A stretch of 63,007 nucleotides of DNA, the filler included, from Phoronis australis (lineage: Eukaryota; Animalia; Phoronida), in the NCBI GenBank assembly GCA_002633005.1. It is 6 parts of 6 records of this genome, joined end to end, with 100 filler letters (N's around TTAATTAATTAA, not from the genome) between each part and the next. Parts side by side here need not be neighbours in the genome. Positions count along the whole stretch, not along the records: positions 34,762 to 61,170 come from NMRA01000580.1; positions 61,271 to 63,007 come from NMRA01002138.1; 4 more parts are not named here. The stretch is one strand, 5' to 3'. How positions within the stretch are numbered: the first letter of the stretch is position 1; each line of letters begins with the position of its first letter. The notes under the pieces were generated by a model, which saw only the letters and a program-made list of their open reading frames with translations, was not told the DNA's origin and did not search any database. The translations under genes and the position numbers were made by a program. Below are positions 52,040-63,007 of this stretch, piece after piece.

Positions 52040-53431
52040 ACTAGTCAACTAGCTAGTCCACTTGAACACAACCCACTGGATCAGCGATGAATCCTCGGAT
52101 TAAATTCAAGCAAACTTGGGAAGTGCCGGTAGGCTGAAGCTTGTTGCGAGAATAGTGAGATCATACAAAACCATGGTTGGGAATGGGATGCAACAAGTTG
52201 ATGCCTGTTATTCATTGAAGAAATCTGGTTCTCAAATTGCAGAACACTGGGAGTGGTCACATCATTACAGAACAACATACTATGTATGTGACCTCCTCAA
52301 AGGCAAAAGGTATAAGCCAAAGGCAGATCAGTAGTAGCATTAATAAAGGTCGAGCAGGTTACATCTTGTATTATCAGTGGTATGGTCTCGATTGGGTAAA
52401 TAAAGGGCTAGGGACAGGGGAAGGTTAATGACAGTGCTTGCTTTTAATTAATATACTCTTTCTTGGACTTTGAGTGTGCAACTAGGCCCTTGCAGACTCA
52501 CTTTATCAAGAACACAATCCATCAGTTTACATGGCAGAGGGCCTAAAGGGTGCTTCGAAAATCATCTATCCTCCTTGAATGTCAGCTGTTACAGACTTCT
52601 AGCATCGGTATTGGCAAGTTAACAAAGGAAATAAACTTAATTAGTCTGGAAACAGGTAGAACACTGAAGTTTCAATTTCTGGTACACTCATACTTTTGCG
52701 AAAATGTGTATCCTATGGAATGTATTGATCAATGTTATCTATGTACTGCTCAGATTGGCATTTTATGTGATTACAATGTTTTTAAAGGTTCACCGTAATG
52801 TGCATCACCAGTTCACCAACAATAACAATACTCAAGCAACAGAGACAACATGATTGGAGTACTGAGCCATGTGCAGAGGAATAGGCTTAGGTGGCAATTG
52901 ATGTTCGGTCTCTTCACATGCAGGTATGCTTGGAACTCTCGTTTCTTAACGCAATAGAACCGATTCTACATAACTTTTGTGTTATCAAGTCATTCTTATT
53001 GTTTTCTTTCATCAGTAATCACACAAGCTTTATAGGTAACAAAACTGAAAACCTGTAATAAAATACATTTGCTATGTATCACTAAAATATGCCACATAAA
53101 ATGCTGAAAATTATACTGTCTTAAAACTTCATTAATTAAAACTTCATTAATAATGGACCACTGGCTTTTTGAAGAACAACAACCAGTTTGCAGCTATGAA
53201 AACAACATTCCCCTTCATGTTGAGGTCATGTTTAAACTACAACTCAAAATTAATGTGGTTTGATTTTTTTCAGCCTCACATAAGTATATCTGAGGATGAG
53301 GGCATTGTATTCAACTTGCTGTGTCCATACTCACTGGGGTGGTGGGTATCACCAGCTTTGATTGTCATCAGGGTGTACATGTGGCAGATGCTGAGGAGTG
53401 TCCACTACACTGAAAAGATCTATAAGAAGCA

Positions 53432-53725
53432 ACCCCGTCGGGACAGTTTTTTTTTTCCGTTGTCTTTATACTGCCCCGACGCCCCTTCGGAACAGTTACC
53501 AGTGGCACAGGGCCCGAACCCTTAGTGCTCCGGTAGCAGGTTGTCACGAAATTTGGTTGTCGTTATACTGCCCGTCACCCCTTCGGAACAGTTACCAGTA
53601 GCGCAGGGCCCGAACCCTTAGTGCTCCGGTACATGGTTGTCACGACAGTTTGGTTGTTTTTATACTGCCCCGTCGGGACAGTTTTTACCAGTTGAGCAGG
53701 TCCAGGACCCTTAAGTGCTCCTGGA
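53432..53725. repeat. ~96-bp tandem repeat, ~3 copies
   Basis: ttatactgccc at 53467, 53563 and 53660; shared cttcggaacagttaccagt and cccttagtgctcc. Confidence 0.85.
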
Positions 53726-53855
53726 ATAGGCTTGTCTCGGAAATGCGGCTTAGTGTGGCTTCGCGGAGTGACTGCAGCCTGTCGGAGACAGTCTGCATTC
53801 CGGCGAGCTCGTGTAGTGTGTAAGTTCGGCAATATCTGGACTGTCCGAGAGCAAT

Positions 53856-55423
53856 GGGGCTATTCGGAGAATTCTCCTCGCGGTGTCGCTGCTGTACTAG
53901 TGGTGATTGAATTGCGCATGCGTGGCAGCCGGGTAGGCTAGCAGCACATAATTCACATATTGTCCTGGGTGGGAGTGCGCCCAATATTAGGGGTATATGG
54001 TACATGTACGTGACGCTCAGAAGTCAAGTGTGACTTTTTCACTGCAGTTTCTATTCAAAGCTATGCTATGTCCAATTAAACTCTCTAGATGAGTGAGTTT
54101 CTTTATTTTATAGCAGACCCACCCCCGGGACTACCAGATTAATTACCCAACTAACATGAATAAGCTATTCAGTAAAAATCATAACATTGCATTGGAATAA
54201 AAATTGACACCTAGAATGAATTTTGCTTGAGATCAGAAGCGCATTTCAGGTGTCATGAAAAATAGACATTGTTAAATCACTTTTTGCCTGTTTCATATAT
54301 TTTAATTCAGGTCTTAAATACAACTTGGGTACAAAGATTATTAGTTTCTACTTATAAACATGAAGATGAAACGTCAAGTATGCTCTGCCTTACAAAAATA
54401 GTTTTGTCTTGTGTTTTCTTCCATAATTTGCTAATATTTCTTTTCTATTCTGTTACAGGTGAGAGAAAACGACTGAAACCAGCCGCCTGACCATCTATTT
54501 TACCTTTAGAATAAGTGAACAGCAATCCTTCAGCAATAACCTGAGAGAATGGAACCTAATTCAGAAATGTACTTGATATGCCTGGTTACGGACTCCGTTG
54601 CATTGGGAAAATTACAATTGTTTTTTACAATGTTGTTTCTTTGTATACATGTGGTTGTTCAGTTTGCCATTTTGTTTTTAAATACACTCTGATAATTGTT
54701 TATTCTCGATTCTTTTGCATAGCAGATTCTTATCCAGCTAGCTACAATTGAAAACATACTTTTCTTGCAGGTGGAACTTTTGTTCAAAGACAATTTAACA
54801 TAAAACTTATTACATTTCAGCGTTATAAAGAATAAGCACAACTGCACTGTATGGGTCTTTAAAACTGAAGAAATATTGCGGTATCAAAAATTAGTGACAA
54901 ACATGCCTGTTGATGAAAAATTTATTTGTCACGAACCCTTTGCCATTGGGCTTGAATGGTAATCTTAACTCACTAACCAATATCGAGTTGACAGCATAAA
55001 AATCCAGCATTGATTGATGTAACTGTCACTGATGAAACTGTCAGAAATCATTCCAAACAATGATACTGCTGTGATGAACAAAAAGATCCCGAGTGCTACG
55101 TCATGTATCGTAACACATATCACAACAAAGATTAAACCGACAGGCGACTGTCGCGAAGTCGACATCGGCGAGTACCTCAGTTAACAGGCAACAGTACAAT
55201 AAACATGGAATAATCGTTAAAACAGTTACAAACATTACCTTTGCATAAGGTTGTGCTTACTTCCTCTCATAGAAGCAAACTTTTCACGCAATCTCAGAAT
55301 CATTTGGCACGGTTGTAAGCCCTTTCACCATGTATTTAATAGGCTCGCGAAATCGAGGCTGCTTATCTATCACCACTAGTACACGCGCGCCCTCTAGTTA
55401 ATGTAAATTTTCCGAATAGCCCC
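53856..55423. mobile_element. 1.57-kb non-autonomous ISL2EU/Harbinger-like element
   Basis: TIRs GGGGCTATTCGGA ... TCCGAATAGCCCC plus subterminal GTACTAGTGGTGAT / ATCACCACTAGTAC. Flanks are AT and GT (AT TSD with one change). The first ~70 bp match the THAP-bearing copies. Confidence 0.75.
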
Positions 55424-58400
55424 GTTATTGCGCACGTGTGCACTGTAGCAATGCTTTGTATCTTATTTTTATTTGACTAGTCTGTTGATACAGTAAGTTT
55501 CCTTATTTATGCAAATCCTGATTTGACCGCAACTTGGGCTTCTTGGGTTCTACCATAATTATTGGGACTGGCCTAGGGACTCACGTGGTGATTTTTCGAA
55601 TGAGTTTCATTTTAGCGGCAATTTGTGATTGTGTAGGTTATGTAAATTAACAAAACGGATGATTATCATCACCGGTGTTTCATTATTAGTATTTTTGTCG
55701 GGTTCACATCTGTAAGGTAGAAGTGTTTCGGTGAACTTTAATGTCTGTGGCGTTATTTATACCTGACTAAACTGGAGCTGCACAGGGTGCAATTTGTGTG
55801 GACGTTTGTCTGCTTTGCGAGTTTTTATAAAAATGGGTCAGTCTGTAGCCAACTACGGTAAATTCATAAAAAATTTCGTTCAGTGCAACTGAAGTTCATA
55901 AAAAGTAAAACTGGACTTCCAAACCGCTTGATCTGATTTGAGACTTCACATAATATTTCAGGACAATTTTTAGTATCCTTTTCGCACGGGACCCTTTTGT
56001 TACATTACGAGTAGAATTGGTTCATTATGTATCCTACAGGCGGTATAGGACTTTACAAAGCGGTTGTTTTTGTTATAAACGTTTGTTTGAAAGGCTTGAT
56101 TTTGGAAATGTTAGGACATATTGCGGAAACTTAAAAAACATTTGACCGCTAACAAAAAATTTAACATTTAAGAATAAAAACAACCTTCACACCACTCTGG
56201 TGTTTCTGTTTTTTGTTTGCAAAGAAGTTGAAAGTCGGGTTAGTTGGTTATATTTTCATCCCGACGAAATGTGCGTAGTGTGCGGAGATAGTAACCGCCT
56301 GATTAGTGCTAGCGAAGATGACCAACTTGGTTAATTCGCACACTAGACTATGGCTGAAGTTCCTCGTGAAGGCACTATCTTTTGAAAGAATTTAGCGAAC
56401 GATTTTCGCCAAAAAATTACCAGGTAACATTCATCAAAAAGGAGTAAAGAACAATGGATATCTGTGAGAACTAAGTCAGTATTGGTATTATTAGTAGGCC
56501 TACCAGAAGTTTCTAAAAAACACCCATCATCAAAATGTTTATTTAACGTTTATACAAGACGTAAGTTTTTTCTCCCACAGCCGATTATGAGGTCTCTGTA
56601 CGCTATGGAAGCTAACGCGTTTGCATTTCGCCAGTGCGGCCGAACACCCAGCCACACAGCGACCGACCATGATTAGCAGGCGACGGACCTACCGGAAATT
56701 ACACCAGATAATTTGGCTAGGTGACGCTAGTGAATAATGACGTAACGGCTTGTGCGAAACAGCACAGATTTCGTCCATTGAAAATATACGGTGTTGGCGG
56801 TCCATAGCTAGTAAAGTAACAAAAATGTGCATGGAATGATATTTGTTTACAAACTGAGGAACGACCAGGACCGGGTCGAAAATGAGGATGACGTATATAT
56901 GGGATAAAATTCAATGATTTTGCAAATGTTAAAGTCAGTCGAGGGCCGATTTCACCAAATGTATATAGGACCTCTTAGGTATATTTCCCTTTACACATTT
57001 GCTTGAGAACCATGGCTGGATTTTTCCGTGGAAACCATATTAGAGAACGAACGGGAGACNNNNNNNNNNNNNNNNNNNNNNNNNNNNNNNNNNNNNNNNN
57101 NNNNNNNNNNNNNNNNNNNNNNNNNNNNNNNNNNNNNNNNNNNNNNNNNNNNNNNNNNNNNNNNNNNNNNNNNNNNNNNNNNNNNNNNNNNNNNNNNNNN
57201 NNNNNNNNNNNNNNNNNNNNNNNNNNNNNNNNNNNNNNNNNNNNNNNNNNNNNNNNNNNNNNNNNNNNNNNNNNNNNNNNNNNNNNNNNNNNNNNNNNNN
57301 NNNNNNNNNNNNNNNNNNNNNNNNNNNAGCCGATTATGAGGTCTCTGTACGCTATGGAAGCTAACGCGTTTGCATTTCGCCAGTGCGGCCGAACACCCAG
57401 CCACACAGCGACCGACCATGATTAGCAGGCGACGGACCTACCGGAAATTACACCAGATAATTTGGCTAGGTGACGCTAGTGAATAATGACGTAACGGCTT
57501 GTGCGAAACAGCACAGATTTCGTCCATTGAAAATATACGGTGTTGGCGGTCCATAGCTAGTAAAGTAACAAAAATGCATGGAATGATATTTGTTTACAAA
57601 CTGAGGAACGACCAGGACCGGGTCGAAAATGAGGATGACGTATATATGGGATAAAATTCAATGATTTTGCAAATGTTAAAGTCAGTCGAGGGCCGATTTC
57701 ACCAAATGTATATAGGACCCTCTTAGGTATATTTCCCTTTACACATTTGCTTGAGAACCATGGCTGGATTTTTCCGTGGAAATCATATTAGAGAACGAAT
57801 GGGAGACCCATCCAACCAGTCGCCCATACGTCGGGGACACCAGCAGCCGGCGAAATCGAGGCACGTGTGATCTGGCTGAGCTATTGCTCAGGGCTACTGC
57901 TTATTTTGTTAAATAACATTTCTCCGCGAGAGCGTCCCTTTAATTCAAGTGTATGGGATGCAACAGTTCTTTATTGTTTCAGACTAATCTATTGAGGTTT
58001 TCTTCGTCTAGCAGGATTAGAATTTAAGCCAAGAGGAGGAACGCGACGACGTCGAAAGGACAAATAGCCTTCGAAGAAAGCTGTTTAAGACACCGGAACA
58101 GATTATGTCTTACTAAAAGGAGACCAAACCCGAATTTGACCTATTGAGAGATATTAAAATCGACTTGAAAATCCAGTTCTCTGAAGCAAAAAAATGCCCT
58201 GTAAACATCGATAAACCTTAAACGTTTGAAGCAAATTAGGAAAGTTCTTACAAAGTCTGCATAACTAGCAAAGCGTGACCTACGCTTTACTAGAAAACTG
58301 TAGGGAAAGACCACCCACCATGAACGTTAGTATCAAGTCGGTGACACTGTGAATGATCAAGTCTGTGACACAGTAAATGACTTGGGATCCTGCTTTTATC

Positions 58401-58582
58401 ACCCAAGTGTACGCCATTGATGCATTAGCACGTGAGAGAAAGATGATTGTTCGAAATCACCATAACAAGGCTTAGTATCCTTTTAAGAAAACACATTTCT
58501 TTTCTGTGATGAAGAAATTCTGGGCTTTTCGCCATGAATTTATTTATTTCCCTTCAAATCAACTTCTGTGTTCGATACTTAC

Positions 58583-58750
58583 GTTATTGACAACAAAATC
58601 CCACGTGATTGCGTCTGAAGGCATGGTGGGAAGAGATCTCGATGCCGCGAGAAGTAGCACACTTTTAACGCCTCTGCGCAATGGAGACGCGCTATGATAC
58701 AAGACTGTGTCTGATTCGCCATAAGCCCAAATGATCCGGAATGTGTCACC
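58583..58750 (-). CDS. MOXD1: MOXD1/DBH-like monooxygenase coding exon 3 (56 codons)
   Basis: ttcacag acceptor and gtaagt donor. Encodes GDTFRIIWAYGESDTVLYHSASPLRRGVKSVLLLAASRSLPTMPSDAITWDFVVNN (DOMON C-terminus and linker). Confidence 0.88.
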
Positions 58751-58978
58751 CTGTGAAATAAGTAATTAGGCTCCCGTTAAATGTGGAATTAAGTGTGTTG
58801 TAATAGTTCTATTGAGGACAGGACCTTTTCCACTGCATGTCTTGCAATATCCCAGTTTTAGTGAACTCACGTGACACGGTTATTACACTGGAACGAAAAT
58901 ACTGAGAGCCGAATCTTTAATATGTGCTGTAAATATATCTTAAACTTTACAGATCTGAGTTTGAGCAAATATACTCAC

Positions 58979-59125
58979 ATTGATAATCATATCGTCATTA
59001 TCGCACGTGTCTAATTTTCTGGAGAATCTCAACGTGGTCATAATTTGATTTTGTGAGCTGTGAAGCAAAACATAGTCCTGAGAATCGTCAACAGAGGGCT
59101 CTGTTTTCCCAGCAGCATGGCGATC
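58979..59125 (-). CDS. MOXD1: MOXD1/DBH-like monooxygenase coding exon 2 (49 codons)
   Basis: tttcag acceptor and gtgagt donor. Encodes DRHAAGKTEPSVDDSQDYVLLHSSQNQIMTTLRFSRKLDTCDNDDMIIN. Confidence 0.9.
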
Positions 59126-59744
59126 CTGAAACGTAGAAAAATCAACTTGTCCAGAATGACATTAAAGCATGTCAGGGCTCAAGAATATATATTTTAATGA
59201 AATTTAAAACCGTGTTCACAATTAAATCTGTGTTAGATCTTATGGAGAATATCCGGATCAGATTATTCCTCATCAAAATTCGTAGCCGGAAAGCAACTGA
59301 GCCCATTATCGAGAAGTTTGTGTAAAAGTTATCTAAAGGAGGATAAAGTTACTGGATTTATCTATGTGTATAAAAGCATATGTTATATAAAAATGATAAA
59401 TCAGCACAATAACACATGAATCTTGTGGGAACAAAAAATGCAAATACCCGTGGCGTACTCAATAAGTTCAAGAAATATCAGCTTATATTCACACTAACAA
59501 CGATAGAATACTCCTTGATCCACACGCGCTTAACTTTGGCATCCCAATATGGGGACTTAAAAATGCAAGCACATTACAATTTGTTCAGAACTGAGCCTTA
59601 CGAATAATCATCAGTTCATACTATTTTGCACATAAAACGCCGAGACATTCTTCATATATCCTGCTTGTAAATATAATTATGTCAAATTTTTACACAAGCA
59701 ACTTCCACATTACTATAAAAACAATTTCATTTGCTATCACAACT

Positions 59745-59747
<3 letters not shown>

Positions 59748-59793
<46 letters not shown>
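59748..59793. repeat. (CT)n microsatellite in MOXD1-like intron 1
   Basis: ~22 CT units. Confidence 0.95.
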
Positions 59794-60536
59794 GTCACCC
59801 ACTCTCTTTCACTCTCTCTTAATTAAGATTTAAGGAATCTAATAATTCTTATCTGTACTTATACAAATTGTCTTAACGTTTGGTTAAATGNCACTCACTC
59901 TCTTTCGCTCTCTCTTAATTCAGATTAAAGCAATCTAATAATTCTTATCTGTACTTATACAAATTGTGTTAACGTTTGGTTAAATGCACAAACTGGTCTG
60001 TAAGGACCTACATGTTCTTAATCATTTCACTTCATCTTACTTCGAAGATGTCCATCTTTGGCCGGCAGAGTTCGCACTCAATAAATTTTAAATAACTTTG
60101 ATTGAAGAACTCTCGAAATATACTGTTTCTCGTGATCTTCCACCGCATCCATCTTAGTTGGCAGGAAAACGAACCAGGGAATCTTTATAAATGGTTTATT
60201 TCCTCTCTAAAGTAGATGACATTTTTTCGAAACTCCAAAATTGAGAAATGAAGGCTGAAGTTTGAATGTTTAATTTAATATGTCTTTGGAATAATTTAAG
60301 AAATAGCAATCATTTTGGTAATTTTAAGCACATGCAGGATATGTTAGTGACATGACTGGAGAAGAGTAAGTTTTGTCGCAATTGAGATATTTCAACATAC
60401 ATGTACACGTAATGCGTTGAGTTATATGATATCGCTATTGCGAAATCTCGCCTGATTGCTGTCAATGCAACATACCCCGGCTTTGTAGTGACAGTGAATG
60501 ATTCGTAGGATCTCTACGTTTCTTACGCAATCTTAC

Positions 60537-60818
60537 CGTGAAATACCACCTTCCGTCACCATGGACACCTCCAATGACAATATCCGATCCCGCCATTCCT
60601 CCGTTTGGCGACAGTCCAAAGCCAACCCATCCTGTTGTAGCGACTTCTACTTCGAATGTGATTTTTGATGAATCATACTTCCAGAAAAGTTCGAAAACGT
60701 TTTCACTCAAAACTGCCTTGTGTGTGTACGACTCTCCACTTGTTGCATTGTGTAGGCAATATCCACCGTGTGTAATAGCCAACAAGACAGCGGTGAAGAC
60801 TGAACCCGCAGACATCAT
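60537..60818 (-). CDS. MOXD1: MOXD1/DBH-like monooxygenase coding exon 1 (signal peptide and DOMON N-terminal half)
   Basis: MMSAGSVFTAVLLAITHGGYC...FELFWKYD...ITFEVEVATTGWVGFGLSPNGGMAGSDIVIGGV...WYFT then a gtaaga donor. All three exons are phase 0 and splice in frame. Orthology versus paralogy within the family is unresolved. Confidence 0.9.
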
Positions 60819-61170
60819 TTTATCCTTCTGACTTGCAAAGTTCATGACGCACTTCGTTTTATTTGAAAATTTGTTTGCTTTTCGTTTAAGCAAACTATTT
60901 CATCAGGATTGCGTGATATCGTTTTATCTTTGGTCAGCATAAAAGCTCTTCATTTTCAAGTCCACAAGCACACACTAGATTTAGGGAACCTTAGTTAAGT
61001 CCCTATTAGGAACTGTTTCATGTAACCGGGCACAGGACGTTACCTAAATACGGTACACATTTTAAAACTATATAAGATCCTAGGTTATAGTGAACTTTTA
61101 TGCCGCAGTCGTGAAGGGAAAAATCACCAGGGATGCATTTTTTCTCTAATAAACATAAAGTAACGTTAAT

Positions 61171-61270
61171 NNNNNNNNNNNNNNNNNNNNNNNNNNNNNN
61201 NNNNNNNNNNNNNNTTAATTAATTAANNNNNNNNNNNNNNNNNNNNNNNNNNNNNNNNNNNNNNNNNNNN
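61171..61270. other. Artificial scaffold join
   Basis: 44N-TTAATTAATTAA-44N. Confidence 0.95.
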
Positions 61271-61510
61271 TTGACCCTGTTGACCGCAATTGTCCACAAA
61301 TATAGTAACCTTAGGTCTTTTGGGAATTTGTGGCCACCTGTCGAAGACTTGCACCACGGAAATTAGCAGTAATAAGGCTTAGCGCGACGACGTATTTTGA
61401 TAAAAATTCCATCTTTTACCAGTTGTTTACATGCAGATAGCCACGCATGCGCAATTCAATCACCACTAGTACAGCAGCGACACCCCGAGGAGAATTCTCC
61501 GAATAGCCCC
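61271..61510 (-). mobile_element. Second copy of the THAP-bearing ISL2EU/Harbinger-like 5' end
   Basis: Near-identical to 34960-35199. Translates ...CKSSTGGHKFPKDLRLLYLWTIAVNRV. The TIR is followed by AT. Confidence 0.7.
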
Positions 61511-61730
61511 ATTCAACACAATCGATTATTATAAATATGCATAATGAGTAAAAGGTGATTGAAGTCAATATCTTGATATATCGTAGCACTCACATGTTTC
61601 TAATGTTATCGTATTAGTAAAGTGAGTCTGATGCTTGTTGACTAATATATTGTACATTGCTTGATCGTTCCCAAACTATAAATATAGATTGACGAAAATG
61701 TATAGACTTTCGCTTTCAAATTTTCCTTAG

Positions 61731-61918
61731 GTATGCGGGGTTGCACCAGGGCCATTGTCTATGCGGAACAGACCTCCCAAACGTTGCCTCTGATGTCACG
61801 CAATGCGACGCAAAATGTCCAGAAACCAGCGTTTTGTGCGGCGGAAATACGTCTCAGCATATAACAGTCTTTGATACGTCATACGTCATCAAAGAACCAT
61901 CCATCAACGTCAAACAAG
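61731..61918 (+). CDS. Internal exon encoding the C-terminal half of a WSC domain
   Basis: ttttccttag acceptor and gtaac donor. Encodes YAGLHQGHCLCGTDLPNVASDVTQCDAKCPETSVLCGGNTSQHITVFDT, matching the WSC pattern YAGL..G.CxCG...C...C......CGG. Confidence 0.82.
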
Positions 61919-63007
61919 GTAACTTGAGACTACATAACCCTACAAACAGCGTTAACAGAAAATTCTAATAAACAAATACGATCAATGGTCCAGGATCTGG
62001 TCCAATGACAATGTCACGTTCTGACCAAGTGATGTGGTTGTTCATTGAACCTCATCATGTTGCTGACAGTATACATTTCCCGACTTTCTCCCGTGGTCAA
62101 TGTGTCAATTTTCAGGCTCCAAAACTTGCGAGGATGCCCGAAGCAGGATTTTAACTCTTGGTTAAGTCTTTGAATGCCACCCTTTCTGTACGTTATTGGC
62201 AAATGAGAATGCTGTTTGCCTAGCCGTTCTGGATTTTTTGAGCAGTTCTCGCTCCGTAGGCACTTCCTAGCGTGTGCAGCATAAATTGTAATTATGGTGT
62301 TTGCAAATTTTTCTTAACGGATTTGGTGTGCTCGTTGCTTCGTATAATTCCTTTGAAACTGTTTCCTGTTTTAACAGCAAGGATGAGAAAGGATTGATAT
62401 TTGGAGCCTAATAATCTAAGCTAGCACAGATGCATTAATTTTACCAAGAATAAATCGCGGCGGCTTTGGAGGAAATCTTTTGTCCACTTACTTGTATAGA
62501 TTTTAGTCAAAACCTGAATAGCAAATATTAGTACCTACTTTAGGTGACAATGCAGTATCCTGTTCAATAAACGTTCGCTGCCATGCTTAAATGTAACATT
62601 TTAAAAAGGTTTCCGGGATACTGTTTGGCTTGGTGTCAGTCAGTTACGTGTACACTGTATCTGCGTCACCAATCGAAAGGAAAAACCTAAAGGCGGGTCA
62701 GAAAGTTCTTATGTGGCAAAATATAACGATCTATACTCCATTGAGTTACCCTTCGGTTTCTAATTACATTTTGATCAGGTTACTAAACGGTTCTAGAAGG
62801 GTCTATTCAGGGTATTGAACCAAATCAAAATGAAACGACCCTTTACAAAATGATTTTTGCGAGACAATGGCCTCAAAAGAGGCGTGAAGACGCTGGTTAT
62901 AAAATATCATCTAGGGCGACATGACGTAAACATGTTTCTACACTGGACCGTCAGTCTTGGACCCGTAAGACGGCAGTTCAAATTAGCTGTGACTGGCGTG
63001 TCGAAAT

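Noticed and set aside
56578-57809. ~480-bp direct repeats resembling an LTR pair
   Set aside because: Near-identical copies directly flank an N gap and lack TG...CA ends and a TSD, typical of an unmerged contig overlap.
59797-59985. ~95-bp tandem duplication (also 22862-22937)
   Set aside because: Both are centred on a single N, probably allelic overlap artefacts.

Overview
Repeat-rich eukaryotic genomic DNA, most consistent with a bilaterian invertebrate (GT-AG introns, animal gene families, CTCF-like motifs). No prokaryotic operon, CRISPR array, rRNA or intact tRNA was seen. Five artificial 100-bp joins (44 N + TTAATTAATTAA + 44 N) split the window into six assembly pieces, so neighbourhood across joins is unreliable. 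Host genes: (1) a receptor with a signal peptide, ~25 LRRs, LRRCT, Ig, TM and a tail ending DTRL (13950-16480, minus, interrupted by a single-N gap, no coding intron visible); (2) two exons of nucleoporin gp210/NUP210; (3) the first three exons (DOMON domain) of a MOXD1/DBH-like monooxygenase; (4) one WSC-domain exon. Mobile DNA: a frameshifted LINE reverse transcriptase, a LINE ORF1 relic, the 3' end of a DIRS/Ngaro tyrosine-recombinase retrotransposon, an Academ-like transposase relic, a THAP-bearing ISL2EU/Harbinger-like family, a solo LTR with 5-bp TSD, and many MITEs. Most interesting: a Helentron-like (HINE) repeat carrying a same-orientation CTCF-like motif in every monomer, a solo LTR with heat-shock elements just upstream of its TATA box, and a perfect double hairpin at 28775-28870. 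I found no convincing new multi-gene system. Family assignments come from remembered motifs, not database searches.
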